Part shown: positions 42,557 through 56,135 of the stretch, in pieces | Layout of the letters: every line of letters starts with the position of its first letter | Position numbering within the stretch: the stretch's first letter is position 1 | Origin: Azolla caroliniana | Lineage: Eukaryota; Plantae; Polypodiophyta | DNA length: 64,000 nt | Reading direction: 5' to 3' | Assembly: GCA_043228905.1 (NCBI GenBank) | Contig: JBHGNT010000015.1 | Span: forward strand, 18,972,001 to 19,036,000 | Notes under the pieces: generated by a model | The model's database searches: none | What the model was told of the DNA's origin: nothing | The model's input: the letters and a program-made list of their open reading frames with translations, nothing else | Program-made: the position numbers and the translations under genes

Positions 42557-44766
42557 GGAAAGACCCTCTCAAGCAGGAGTCGGATCATATTTGCTCATTT
42601 CATCATCTCCTCCTGTCTCCCCGAGAGTTTCTCTTTTTATCTTCCCGCCCAAATGCCCCTCATGCTTCTCATATCTTTGTGTACCCAAAACACCCACCCT
42701 CTCCAGCACACTATATATGTGCTCAATTCACCCCCACCCCCCCAAACACCCTACCACGCAAATTATATGGCCAAATCGAAAAAGATGTTTAAAATTTTAT
42801 GTGTTGATGGTAACAAAGTTTCAATTAAATAAAGGTAGAGCTAGCATGTGTTTTCCGTCATTATGTTCGAGCTTATCTAAAGTTTTAAAAAGGAGTTGTT
42901 GAGGCCAGCGATCACACAATTTGTCATTACAAAAAATAGTACAATAGGACGTGTTTCAAAACAAGTTGCACATTGCCATAATCCTTTCTTTTTAATCATG
43001 GATTTTGAAAGCATTGTCGTTACACATAAAGATCTAAGACTTTGATATGGGAGCCAATTACAAGTCCAAAAAGCGTCTAAGCATACTATCTCAAGCAGAT
43101 AATTACAACTACAACAACTAGATTATAGTTTGAAGAAAAAACAATGTTTTGTTTCAAGTACAATATTCAAAGAGTCAAAAAGTAAACCATCTTTCCACTT
43201 GTCTATATCTTATTGATATTAATTATTATATATATAGAATTAAATTAAAACAATTTTTTCACACACTCTCCATCAACTAGATATGACAAGCAAATCAATT
43301 ATACCGAAGTAAATGCATTTAAAGTTGAATGTATAACCATACGATCATGTTGTGGTAAAGGTTGTAGTTCAATGGGTTGATATTGTGCTCATTAAAATAT
43401 ATTCACACTATTAACTTTGAAAATCAACACTTGAATATTATGATTAAAACTACAAGTTTAATTGTTGAATCCTAAAGAATGGCGTCACAATTAAATTACA
43501 AATCGCTTTCCATTCTTTTACTTTCCAACCCAGTAGTTTGCTCTCCAAAGTTTAGCTTTGCAAGTTCGCTTTCCACAACCCAAGAGTTCTATACTAGAGT
43601 GGATGATAGATATTACAATTCATTGAGTGGAGGTGTTGACCTCAATGAACATGTTTTCAATGGAATTGTTGAACTTGGATCTCTTCGAAGTTTGGATGCT
43701 AAATTGCATATACACTAGGTGATTCCTACAAAATGAATCTTCATTATGATGGCAATTGAAGATGGTGAGCAACTTGAAAGGTCCATCTAATTAAAGTGAT
43801 AAACCACCACAAGGTTTAGAGTGCAAACCATGAGGTTGATGGGAGATAAATGTAGAGAAATCATAAGAGATTAATGACTAATATTTCTTGGGGATGACAA
43901 GATATGCAAAGTTTCATATGGATTACAAAATTGCATGTGCCACAAGTGCAAACATATAGACATACATATGGGCTCACCATTTATTAGTATCATAACAATG
44001 CCATGTTGGTAATGAGGAAGGAATGTCTATTGGACTCTTGTTTTGGCACTACAAAAGCGTGGGTTCTTCTAGATTGCCAAACCACTATAATAAGCCAATG
44101 ACACTCTAGACCATAGCAAGCACACTTCTTTCCTTGAGAATAATATGTCATTCTCCCACCATACAATATTTGCCTTCAAGATGATTTCTTGTATGTAGAT
44201 AAGTGTTATGCCTTCATTAATAGAAAATTGGACATTATGCTCTTTACTTAACAATACTTAGAAATATTGTTATGACTAACATTTGATAATTAAACTAAAG
44301 AGCTAAAAAATGCTTGAAGAATACGAATACAATGCAAAAGCAATACGAAAACCTTGTTAGAATGTTAATTTGTATGTTCCATTCATAATACAAGGATGCA
44401 TCAAGTCCATCCATAAGATGAGAATACATCTGAGTTTGATTGATAAAGAATATTTGAAGAGCCAATCCAATTCATAGGCTGCCCAAATTTAACGAGTTAC
44501 AGTTGTGATGATAAACCATCTCTCAATGACCATCTTAAAACCCCAATTGATAACCAGAAATCTTGGCCTCTCATGGGTACCTATCGAGTGATTTCATTGA
44601 ATAAGGTTAGGGCATGGGGATAGAAATAATGTTCCTGAACATCTCCAACAGCACTAATTATGCATACATGGGTCAACCCATCCCCTTCGCCTGCCAATTT
44701 AGCATTTGTCTCACAGATTTCATGAGGTCATGGCATCATGATACATGAAACATTTCTGGATGTATT

Positions 44767-47097
44767 CTATATGGAATCCTCAGAATATGAAGAAGGGAGT
44801 GTTTTACGCATCAAGTGCCGACGACGTTGAAGTGTCAGGAGAGTGAGAATATTATCAGTCTCGATAATCTTATAACCATATTTCTTGTACATGTTGAGTG
44901 GTACTTTATCGATTATTCGACAATGAAGGTACATCTCTCTACAACCCATCTGAACTGCAAGCTCTTCGGCAGCCTGTAAAAGCTCCCTTCCAATGCCTCT
45001 CCTGATTAGGTCGACAATCCACACACTATGAGATCACAACACATAGAAACACATGGGACAACAAAATACAACCTTATTACATACATGTGTGTACTAATCA
45101 CACCTTAATAAAGACATCTAGACCAAATGGAAGGAAATGAGCAAATGGGGCTATCTCTAGCCATAATGACTCCATGAAATGCTAGCTACCCTATCAGACC
45201 AGTTAATCCTATTCTAAACCTATTGTCATGCCCATGATATCCAGCCTAGACTGGTAAACTAGATGGCCATCCACAAGTTAGTCTCTTGCCAAAATAGCTC
45301 AGGGTAGCTAACACTGTGTACCAGCTAACCCTAGGTGTGTGTCCAGATACATCCAAAGGGGGTGTCCACCAAATGGTTTTAAATGAGCTAATGAGCTCAT
45401 CTCTATCCTAAATGGTTGAGTGATTTAAGATACAGATAACATACACAACCAACAATATTCTGAGGAATGCTACATAGACACAACAAAGAATCAACCTAAC
45501 ACTGTGTACAAGCTAACCTTAGGTGTATGTCCAGATACATCCAAAGAGTGACCACCAAATGGTTTTAAATGAGCTAATGAGTTCATCTCTATCCTAAATG
45601 GTTGAGTGATTTAGGATAGAGATAACACACACACAACCAACAATATTCTGAGGAATGCTACATAGACACAACAAAGTATCAAGTCTGAGATGAAGGGAAA
45701 CAACGAAAGAAAAACCTTCTAAATTTCTTGCTCACAGCCATGTTACTGAGAAAAGGAGCATCGACAGGTGGGTGAGGAGTTTGCATATCCTTGGGCTTCC
45801 CCAATGCATTGAAAGAGAGCTCAACGGCGCCAACCAATAACCATCTCTGAGATTGAGACTCAATGTTATCACCATCACCAACATTATTAGCTTTACTACT
45901 GCAATCATTATTATTATTATTGGTTGAGAGTTGTTTGGATGGGGCATAAAGGGCAACCAGAGTGACTGCATGAGGGAGGCATGCCTGCCGCTCTCTCAAA
46001 TATGTGGCGAGGATCCAAGCGAGGGCAGGCCGGTAAGTCAAAGGGCCCCACATAAGCTCCGAGTAGGAATCCGTCAAGAGATCCTCCACATCACCGAGTT
46101 GCTCCAATCGCAATGCTCGAATGATGACACACCCCCCGCTTCCTTTGTCTTGTTCTTTCGATATTTCCCGGATAACCTTCCATTTCATGATCAATTTTAC
46201 CTTCTCTTGTTCGATCGGATTTAGTGATTGAACCGACATCGGCATAGGATCAAGACTTAACTGAGATTTGTCGAAAGGAAACCTTCTGATTTCGCTATTA
46301 ACTAACCCTACAACATCAAAGTAACCATCATCGACTTGTTTTTCCAGATTATGCCTGCAATTAACCTGGTATTATGATTATCCATTTCCTTCATTTATAT
46401 TTCAGCATTGTTTAACCCTACATTATCATCTCAATTCATTACCCTGGTTCAGATTTTGCCTTTACTTTACCATTATGTATCTTAGTTATCGGTTTCCCTG
46501 GTAATTAGCTCTAAACCATCATTCTTGACAGTTTCGGTCTGGATTTTGCATTTAATTTATTGTCCCCTTCCTTTCAGATTTCTTCATTACTTAACTCAAA
46601 GATATAATCACTGATAAACTCCCTAGTTCGGCATGTTTCCTCTGTGATCAACCCTAACCTATTCATTTGAGCTTAACCTAGATGTTTGCAATAGATTTTC
46701 TTTCCGATTTCCCACAGTTTATTCCGGTAGTAGTAGTAGTAGTAGTAGTACCTGGATTAGAAACGACTTCTGAATCGTCATCTTCTTCTTTTGGTTGTGC
46801 TTGTTGTTGTTGTTGTTCCTTTTCTTCTTGGTCATGGCTTAGGGATGAGGCGTGGGCAGAGGCGGATGGGAACTGAGAGCATGGGGCGGAAGTTACAGCG
46901 AAACATGCATCATAACGATACATTGGAATCCGATGAAAAAGCATGGAAATGGGGAAGAAGGATCCATGGCTGCTGCTTGGGGGGGAAGCATTGGAATGAG
47001 CTGCGGCGCGACAACGAAGATGCTGATGCTGATGCTGATGATGATGATGATGCAGATTATGCAGGTGAAGAGGAGGAGGAGGAAGGCAAGTTCCCAT
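44767..47097 (-). CDS. GNAT5: GCN5-related N-acetyltransferase, chloroplast GNAT5-like. Exons ~46752-47097, ~45716-46290 (acceptor uncertain), 44767-45001
   Basis: YLRERQACLPHAVTLVALY, GAVELSF...PHPP..APFLSNMAV.KKFRR|RGIGRELLQAAEEL...MYLHCRIIDKVPLNMYKKYGY...LLTLQRRRHLMRK closely resembles Arabidopsis At1g24040 (from memory). The His/Ser-rich N-terminus resembles a transit peptide. Confidence 0.85.
45310..45676. repeat. Tandem duplication, ~187-bp unit, within the GNAT intron
   Basis: TAACACTGTGTAC.AGCTAACC...GCTACATAGACACAACAAAG occurs twice with high identity. Confidence 0.88.
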
Positions 47098-48649
47098 GAA
47101 AAACTTAAAGCAGAAGAAGAAGAAGAAGAAGAAGAAATGAAAGAAGAAGAAAAAGAAGAAGAAATGAAAGAAGAAGAAGAAGATGAAGAAGAAGAAATGA
47201 AAGAAGAAGAAGAAGAAGAAGAAGAAGGAGATGATAGTTGGAGTTGAGTTTAGCTTAGTTTTTAAAAGAGTGGATGGGGGTGTGTTCAAAAGAGGGTCAT
47301 CCTCGGGTGCCCGGGGCCCGACTGCGCCCCCCCGCTGCTGATGTGGCGCTGGCTAATTGGTCGCTTGTGCTGATGTGGACATGTTCCTCCGCCCCTCACA
47401 TTCACGGGGCGGACATGACATGGCTTTGCTTGTGTTCACACACGTTCGACGTGTTTGTCATTCTTGGTTTCAGACCCATAAGCTCATCTCATATATATAT
47501 ATATACACACACACACATATACATACATATATATATGAGCTTACGGTCTCCAACTTCTTTCTTAGTCTTCTTCTTCGCCACACTCTGAGTCGTTTGAAAA
47601 ATCGTGCCGAGGAAAACAAGGAATTTGAAGTGTGTTGTATAGTAGCTGGGTTTCGGATTGACTCCTCGTCCACATAACAATCTATGTCGATGCGGCGCAA
47701 AATCATTGGAGACAAAAAATGCAGGTGTTCAGGAGGATAATTGCACGAGGTTGGACATTGATGTATTTGGTAGACAACCAAGGAAAGATGCAACGTCGGA
47801 TAAATAAAATCTAGAGAAAGCCACATTCGTAAAGAAAGAGCTTCTTGAGCTAGCCACCCACGTTGTATGACTTGAGTTGGATGCGTGGCAAAATTATCGT
47901 GCCATGGTCCAGACTCCCTCCACCCATAGGATCGATGATAATAGTTTCGAAACATTCTGTTAGTTGCAATCACATGAGACCATGTGGTATCATTAGAGGC
48001 AACCATTTCTAAGACCCCACAATTGATGTAAAGTCCATTTGAGGTGATATTATATGACAAATTAGGGATGAGATAGGTTTGGAGACTTGAGAAGTAAAAA
48101 ATTATATAACAAATTAGTGATTAGACAGTGTTGGAGTTGAGTGGAGGTGAGTCAAAAAAGTATTAAAATGTTTGTGTCTAGGCATAAATCTTTCGTTAGT
48201 CTACATGATCGAGTGATGGCTAGGTGAGCATGCACTTGTAAGCTCCAAACACACTAACTTTGCAATTTGTTTGTTGAGGTTTAATGAAATTTTGATGAAC
48301 TAGTGAATGTATAGATCCTTCATTATTGTAGTTGACAAAGTTATGGCTAGGCGAAAGTGCCCCTCCAAGCTGCTTACTTTTCATTACTTGTGGATAAATC
48401 CACTAGAAATTGCATATAGTTTTTAGACCCATTTGTTATCATTTCCTTCAAGCCAATGTGAATTTTGTATGGTGAAAAAGTGTCAAATATGCAATATTTC
48501 TAACCAAAGTGTGTATATTGGTATGTTAAATGCAACCATTTCTAAGAATTCACAATTGATGTGAGATGACAATGAGATGGCGTTGGATACTAGCGAGGTA
48601 ACAAAAATAAGTTGGAATCGGGCATGGTTTCCATTATGAATATTCATTG

Positions 48650-49030
48650 TAACCAACCTCAACACAAGTGTAGGCGGTGCGTCAAAAATTGCGAAAACAT
48701 TCATTTGTGGGCATAATCCTTGATTAGTGTAGTTGACAATATGGAACCATTCAAATCATCAAAGAAAAGAATATTAGTTTTGTTGAGACTTATAGATAAT
48801 AAATACCACATTGTGGTGATGGCTAAGTGAAAGAGTAAGATTTGTTGAAACCAACCTCAACACTAGTGTTGGGAGTACATAAAAAAGGTACCAAAATGTG
48901 TCCATTGGTGGGCATAATCCTTCATTAGTGTGGTTGACATGGAACCATTCAATTCATTAAAGAAAAGATTGCTCGTTTCGTTGAGACTTATAGATAGTAA
49001 ATACTACATAAATGATGGCTAGGTAAAAGC
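48650..49030. repeat. Diverged tandem duplication, ~200-bp unit
   Basis: AACCAACCTCAACAC...GTGGGCATAATCCTT.ATTAGTGT...GTTGAGACTTATAGATA at ~48650 and ~48850. Confidence 0.75.
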
Positions 49031-50159
49031 GAACCTCCACGCTTGCCAAAGTACGAACTTCTCGACTACACATGGCAATGCTACCATTCTCCATCAAAAA
49101 TCAATGTAGATGTTGTAAGGTCGACAAATTGTTCAGTGTTAAACATCTCTTCCTAAAATGACAGGAATGAAACATTAAACCAATTGGTTTAAGTCTTGAA
49201 CTGAAATCAAATTTCTTGTTACTATCGTTTTTATTGCAGGTGAACAAAGTTTCATTGATTCAAACCCAATACCCCTAGTTTGACGATTTGTATTTCTAAG
49301 TGTGCAAGAGGGAGAATTGTGGAGTTGTTTGCATTGAACTTTCTTATAACATCTACATATCATGTCATGCATGATGTAGCAATGCCCTCTAGCTGCATAT
49401 ATCAACTCCAATTAACGCTTCACATGCAATGCAATAAGACTAGAACCACATGAATCATCTTCCATCCTACAAATTCCACCAATGTGATGCCAAAATCATA
49501 CATTAACATGCGACAAAATTATGAGATATGATTGATGTGTGGCATTTCTTTGAAGAAATCACCAGGATAAAACATCAAAAGATACCAACAAATTCCGAAA
49601 ACATAATGCTGAAAACAAGAAAACTGAAGAGTGATGAAATAACGTTTAATGAGGAGCCATCAGGATTTTGTAAGGGCAAAAAATTCAGAGATTACTAGCT
49701 CATCCCTTCTACATATAAAGTGGCAATAAGATATGTATTTGAAACATCTCTATATCAAAAGAGACCCAAGTATCCCTTTTATACATAAAAACAAGCAAAA
49801 CTGGGAAAGAGTATGTATATGTTAGCTATCAAAACTAAAAAATTGCATTCACAAATTGGACGTCTTCAAAAGGAGAGACCCACTTGGAACCATTCAAATT
49901 TTACAGTTGTTCCATCAACTGATATTTAAGATTGTATCCTATTCATGTCTGCGCTCATGCCGAGCTGAAGGAGTGAGTTGGGGTGGGAGGTTGTTGAAGT
50001 ATGGCTTAAGTTGGAAGCAGTTTGTCACACTTGGTATCGACGATCCAGTATGGTACGTTGCCCTTGGTATCAATGATCCAGTATGGCCTGACCGTGTCTG
50101 AAAGACAAGTACAGATTTGCTGATGGAAAAATGTATCTCCCAGTAACATTGGTGCCAAT

Positions 50160-50250
50160 TGACTTTTTTTGCTACAACCCTTCTACCTGCAAAGTTCATG
50201 TAAGACATGCTATGTTTAATGAAATGTCATGGTGGTACACTCCAACTTGG
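50160..50250 (+). mobile_element. Ty1/Copia pol fragment (SH3-like region after integrase)
   Basis: CYNPSTCKVHVRHAMFNEMSWWY resembles the Copia consensus YRCYNP.T.KV.VSRDVVFDE. Confidence 0.55.
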
Positions 50251-51067
50251 TGGCAACCAAAGACAGCATTAATGTCAACACCAACACTGATACCAAGACA
50301 AAAAACCCATGACCAAATCCATAACCAGACTTCGAGCTTCATGAGCGGTTCACGTGAGCCATTGAGCCTTGACTATAGTGCTTCACTTTGCAGCATGGGT
50401 AAGCCCGTGGCTCTCAAGACTTCTAACAAAAAAAACTTCTCACCAAATGTTCTGAAAGCAACTTCTTATTGGTTTCTTCACTGCTTGCTTCTCGTCGCAA
50501 CGACATACTTAACTTGGAATCCATACAAATACATCAAAAAAATCAAAATCTCTGAACAAAAGAGAAATCAATAGAACCACTATGAAACATGTTCATAGAT
50601 ACACTGGCAAGAAAATATTGCATATTTTTTCTGGAAGCCTCGAGCATGTCCTTACTAATTTAGCTTCTCGGCATATTGCACGATCCACAGGCACAAATAC
50701 TTTTATTCGGACATGTCCCGACATTGCAGACGACTCAACTTCAATATCTGGATATTTATCACACAAAGGCTATTGTAACAGTCCTAAATAATCTTTATTT
50801 GCACAAGCCCATTTTCTTCTATGCTCCATGAATGCTAAATGGAGCTTTCTTAGAATGATTTGGATGATCCAAGGTTGGAAAAGCAACTCTTTGAGCATGC
50901 TATTTGCCTTATGTATATACCATGCTTTTTATTTGAATTGTTTGCCAAATAGTAGAAGTTCCGACTCAAACTCTGAAACCATTATACAAATTTGGAATGA
51001 AGAAATGTTTTGAGCATGATCTATTGCTCTACTATATGTATGCATTCTATAATTCCAAACATTCTTC

Positions 51068-53110
51068 TCAACAAGATTTGGAGATTCCATACATTGCTGG
51101 AAAGAGGAGTGGCGGTGATATCTTTTTTCCATCATCAGCATGCATTGTGTGCTCAAATGCATGTTTCCCTAGCTCTAAATTTCCACAGCTTTTGCAAGCA
51201 CCTAGTAAGGTATGCCACAATGCAAGATCAGCATGGCAGCTTGTCTTCTCAACCAATGTTACAGCCACAGCTAGTTCACCAGTACGGCCAAGGAGATCAA
51301 CAACACACGTATGATGCTCGATAACAGGGGCAATTCCATATTCTTTGCTCATGGCCTCAAAATAAGTATGGCTCTTTGACACTAGGCCAGTTTGACTGCA
51401 TGCATGGAGAACCACCACAAATGTAATTAAGTTTGGCTTAACCCCTTCCCCTAGCATTTTGTCAAAGACACGGAAGACGGTCTCATATTCCCCAATTTGC
51501 ACATACCCCGTCATTAGGGAAGTCCATGAAACTACATTTCTAACTGGAAGCTTATCAAATACTTGTTCAGCTTTTGTGAGAGAGCCACACTTGGCATACA
51601 TATCAATTAAGGTACTGGCAACAAGATTTCCTCCTAGCAATCCTCTCCTTTCGATTTCAGCATGAATTTCTTCACCCTTGACTGTAGCTCCAATGATACT
51701 GCAAGCTTTTAAGCTGCAGATAAACGTGACAACATTTGGAGAAATCCCACATAATTGCATGTCCTCAAAACACTTTAGTCCTTCCTCACCATGTCCATGT
51801 TCAGTATACCCATCGATAAGTGCAGTCCATGTGACTACGTCTTGAACTTGCAGCTCATCAAAGACTTCCTGAGCTTTAGTAAGCAAACCACATTTTGCAT
51901 ACATGCTTACCAATGCATTTCCAACATAAGTGTCTCTTTCTAAGCCCCCCCATCTTTTAATATCTTCATGCACTTCTTGACCCTTCTTCAAATCTTTAAT
52001 CTGACCACATGCTTTCAAGATGCATGCAAATGTGACACCATCGGGATAAATACCTTCAATTTGCATCTGTTCAAAACACACAAGCACTTCCTCATTCCTA
52101 CCATCGTCAGAATAACCCGAGATGAGAGCATTCCACGAGACTACATTTCGGATTGGAAGCTTATCGAAAATATTTTCTGCATTGATGAGTGAGCAACATT
52201 TGACATACATATCCACCACAGCACTACCGATGAAAAGGTTCCTGTCTAAGAGACCTTGCCTTTCGATTTCAGTATGTAATTCCAGGCCCTTCTCCATAGC
52301 TTGTATGGTTCCACAAGCTTTCAATGCACAAACAAATGTAACAGAATTAGGAAATATTCCCATCAATTGCATATGCTCAAACCTCTTTAGGGCTTCTTTG
52401 CCATGTCCATGTTCCGCATAACCTGAAATGAGGGCCGTCCAAGAGACCACATTCCTTACTCGTAACTCATCAAATACCTTTTGTGCTTTTGAAAGCGTTC
52501 CACACTTCGCATACATATCAACTAGAGTGCTCCCAATGAAAAGATCTCTATCGACCCCAAGGTCCCGGGCCTTCTCATGCATTTGGATCCCTCTTTCCAA
52601 GTTTTTCAGGCTCGCACATGCCTTCAATAATGCTACTAAAGTGTCAATATCAAGATGAACTAAGCCATCTTCTTGCATTTGCTCATAAACAGAAAATGCA
52701 TTATGTGGCTTCCCACATTTCAAATAACCAATAATAAGTGAATTCCATGACCTTGCATTTCGATATATCAATTTATCAAAAGATTCTTGGGCATAATTCA
52801 TACATCCCAACTCGACCAGAACTGAGACAAGTCGGTTTCCCACAGAAGAGTGAACATCCATTTCATGTCTTTGTAAGTATGAGTGCAAACGAAGAGCACA
52901 AGGTTGATCCTTTGCTTGTTTACATCTCTGGAGGAGGAGTTGAATATCCTCGACTGAAGGTGGACAAAGATCTTTTTCTTCTAAAGAAAGTATAGCGTCT
53001 TCTAAGTTATTAGTCCACCATCCACTCTTTTTATTGTTCTTCAATAAATCTAAACCGTTCTGTATGGAAGGCCTTACCTTTTGCCCTAAAACATCTGCAA
53101 CAGAGCTCCA
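51068..53110 (-). CDS. PLS-class pentatricopeptide repeat protein with partial E domain, no DYW; true start probably in an upstream exon
   Basis: P-L-S triplets (VVSWTALISGY, PNSVTFVCALKAC, GSTLVDMYAKCG) and E-type HHTCVVDLLGRTG...WHTLLGAC. The ORF opens at TTG, and TTGCAG at 53111-53116 looks like an acceptor. Confidence 0.92.
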   Translation of the reverse strand, partial: WSSVADVLGQKVRPSIQNGLDLLKNNKKSGWWTNNLEDAILSLEEKDLCPPSVEDIQLLLQRCKQAKDQPCALRLHSYLQRHEMDVHSSVGNRLVSVLVELGCMNYAQESFDKLIYRNARSWNSLIIGYLKCGKPHNAFSVYEQMQEDGLVHLDIDTLVALLKACASLKNLERGIQMHEKARDLGVDRDLFIGSTLVDMYAKCGTLSKAQKVFDELRVRNVVSWTALISGYAEHGHGKEALKRFEHMQLMGIFPNSVTFVCALKACGTIQAMEKGLELHTEIERQGLLDRNLFIGSAVVDMYVKCCSLINAENIFDKLPIRNVVSWNALISGYSDDGRNEEVLVCFEQMQIEGIYPDGVTFACILKACGQIKDLKKGQEVHEDIKRWGGLERDTYVGNALVSMYAKCGLLTKAQEVFDELQVQDVVTWTALIDGYTEHGHGEEGLKCFEDMQLCGISPNVVTFICSLKACSIIGATVKGEEIHAEIERRGLLGGNLVASTLIDMYAKCGSLTKAEQVFDKLPVRNVVSWTSLMTGYVQIGEYETVFRVFDKMLGEGVKPNLITFVVVLHACSQTGLVSKSHTYFEAMSKEYGIAPVIEHHTCVVDLLGRTGELAVAVTLVEKTSCHADLALWHTLLGACKSCGNLELGKHAFEHTMHADDGKKISPPLLFPAMYGISKSC

Positions 53111-53410
53111 CTGCAAGCACAAGATCTCTCTTTTATTTCATTTTTACGTGAAAGGTACTATATTATAACATCTCCCTCTTTCTCTTTCGCTCTGGCTGTT
53201 GGCTTGGTGGTTTACACTGCAGCATCAATTGACAAAACCCAAGTTCGATCCTCACCATGGGCTAGGCCCTGTTCCATAGATCACTATTGGTCTACCATGG
53301 AAGTTAAAAAGATATCTATCTATCTATCTAATATCTCCAACAACATGCCGAGGAGTCACAGTGAGTGGGTAGAGGAATGTCAATGAAAACAAATACAAGT
53401 ATCAATATGC

Positions 53411-54026
53411 ATGATAAATGGACCATACTAGCACCAAGTCATGGAGATTGACTACCATGGCTGAGACACCCAAGGACATCCATATGCAGTTAGTGTACTT
53501 CGTCATTGCTTCACTCCACCACATCAACAAGAATCGGACACCATGTCCACTCACCATCACTCATTCCATAAATAGTAGTTATGCACTTCATACTTGCAAA
53601 ACCATCTCAAGAATCATTTCCAGTTAAGTTGTTGCATGCATCATCACCATCAATCTTTAGGAAACCTAGAGCTTCTATTTTTCTGTGCAGATAATTTGAC
53701 ACTACCCACATTTGAACTATGATAAATGGACCATACTAGCACCAAGTCATGGAGATTGACTACCATGGCTGAGACACCCAAGGACATCCATATGCAGTTG
53801 GTGTACTTCATCATTGCTTCACTCCACCACATCAACAAGAATAGGACACCATGTCCACTCACCATCACTCATTCCATAAATAGTAGTTATGCACTTCATA
53901 CTTGCAAAACCATCTCAAGAATCATTTCCAGTTAAGTTGTTGCATGCATCATCACCATCAATCTTTAGGAAACCTAGAGCTTCTATTTTTCTGTGCAGAT
54001 AATTTGACACTACCCACATTTGAACT
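53411..54026. repeat. Near-perfect 308-bp tandem duplication
   Basis: 53411-53718 and 53719-54026 differ at only a few positions, giving near-identical ORFs at 53418 and 53726. Confidence 0.95.
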
Positions 54027-54961
54027 AAGATTTATCTCCCGCCATCTCACGTGCTTCCCTCACTTCAGGAACCTCTCCATTCTTGATCAACTTATCCTAG
54101 AGATCTTTTGATGACAAAATTATAATGTATCTGACTTGAGAATCTTACATGTATAGATGACAAGATTCTTTAGTCATGTCTTATTCTATTTCTCGTTACC
54201 TTTCACCTTAGTTACATTTATTTTTGTTTTTTGTTCGCAAAGATGAGACAACATTGAATATGCAATCTCTTGTCTAGTTTTATGGGCCATTCTAGCCTCT
54301 TAAAAGACATTAATATATCTTTCTTCCGTGCTTTCTCTTCATGAAAAAATAATGTATTAACTTATGGAAATAGACTACCATACAAAAGAGAACCAAAAAT
54401 TATGACCCCATCGAGATCATAACACCTAACGACAATGAGGTTAAGGGGCCAATGCAAATGACGCATATGGTGGCCAACCAAATTATAGAATTGCAAATCC
54501 TCTTCATCCAACATATCTGACTTTTCCAAAGAAACCATTCTTTCAACCTACGAATGTGCTTATAGATTGCAGATTGTCCACCAAACACAAACTCATTCCT
54601 CGTATCAGTTATTTCATTACCCCCAAAACCTCACATAAAATCAAAGACAATCTGAAATAAGACGGTAATACTCCTGAATCCACTTGAGCAAAGACCCATT
54701 GAAAAGGTTATTTCGGAACACCAGTCAACGAAAACCACACTGCATTTATAAACCTCCAAATATAGGTTGTCACTACAAACAATAAAAATTGATGCCAACT
54801 TTTTCCCACCACAATTTTCTCTGGCCCTGCATTAGAAGTATTATTGGGCGAGCAGGAGGGCCTGGAAAGCTACATATGAGTATGTACGTATGATGAATAC
54901 AAAAGATATATGTGGATTGAAGTAAAACTATGTAAATATTAACTTTATTTGGCAATTCGTA

Positions 54962-55535
54962 TGAGCTGATCCTTTTTCCAGGTTGGGAAACAGGTTCCTC
55001 CGGATGGGAAGAGCACGGGCCGGATCAGCTGGAGTCGATAGGTAACTCGGCTGAGGCCGAAAAATCGATCAAAAATCGATTTTGCCAATAGTCGAATTGG
55101 TCGAAGCCGACTCGAGGTTATATTTGTAAATAGTCATTTATGTATATGAGTATAAATATAGTTAGGGCAAGTAGTTAAGAAATAATGATGATCATTTTGT
55201 TGCAAGTTACAGTGTGTAGTTGCCTCTGTAACTAGAGAGAGAGAGTGTGCAAGAGAGTTGTAACTCTGCAGCTGTCTGTCAGACAAAGAAGAACTCAAGG
55301 TTGTTGCCTTGAGATTCTTATTGTGTATTTCCTCTCGATATAGTGATTTAGTTCGGAGCCTGTGGGCTCCTGTGGTTTTTTCCATTTCAGGGTTTCCATG
55401 TAAAATATCTTGTCTTTGTACTTCTGTTTGTCTGTGTATTTTTATTCTCGATCTTTGCACCCGCATATGCATACGTATCAACTGGTTGTGGCCGGTAGTA
55501 TCCTTGACATTCCAATGTGTGTGCCACCATTCTCA
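54962..55535 (+). mobile_element. Probable solo LTR
   Basis: TGAG...CTCA termini, flanks CGTA/CATA, an internal TATAAATA box and a U5-like GTGGTTTTTTCC...GGGTTTCCATGTAAAATATCTTGT typical of plant LTRs. Confidence 0.55.
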
Positions 55536-55859
55536 CATATGAGAAGATTGGGAAAGTCCAGGTTGCAGGACTAAACTTGGAGCTTATGAAAATGTGAAAG
55601 TTAATGATAATGTGAATTGTATCGGATTTGAAGGCTCGAAAGATTGTACAATGTCGAGTTATGGTAGGCTTCTCATATGCATGCTTAATTGCACAAAACT
55701 TGAAGATTCTCAAAGGTACACATTTGTTTTTGCTGACAAATGCTTTGACATGTCTCCCAGTCTAGGGAGGAGAAAGTGTAGTTCACTATATATTGGTGAA
55801 AGCATGTGATGCATCCATTGTGAATACATTCAGAAATGGCCCACTGTCACTGGATTTAG

Positions 55860-56135
55860 ACCACAAGCCCTTATAATTGCATAAAACACTATATTGTTGT
55901 TTTCTGAACTTCAAAAAAGCCTTTGACACTATATCAAGAAGTGGGCTTTGGAAACAAATGATAGAGATTGGAAAGCCATTAGTATATAGAGCAGTTGTAG
56001 CATGATTGTATGGGCAAGTTAGGTGCCAATTGAAAACAAATAGTGGTTTCTTGAAGTACTTCATGAGCAACATGGGGGCCAAGCAAGGGTGTCCAATCTC
56101 GCCCACACTCTTTGGTCTATGCATCCATAAACTTG
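55860..56135 (+). mobile_element. Non-LTR retrotransposon (LINE, RTE-like) reverse transcriptase fragment
   Basis: LYCCFLNFKKAFDTISRSGLW...*LYGQV...GAKQGCPISPTLFGLCI, i.e. RT motifs with an internal stop. Confidence 0.85.

Noticed and set aside
42149-42902. Several overlapping ORFs with repeated peptides; CRISPR-like periodicity
   Set aside because: A minisatellite with no unique spacers and no cas genes, in a eukaryotic context.
46852-47289. Poly-Glu/poly-Phe ORFs
   Set aside because: Translation of a (GAA)n microsatellite in the GNAT 5' leader; the real start is most likely the ATG at 47097.
51459-52995. Plus-strand ORFs within the PPR gene (likewise 58637-61734)
   Set aside because: Antisense shadows of the PPR coding frames.
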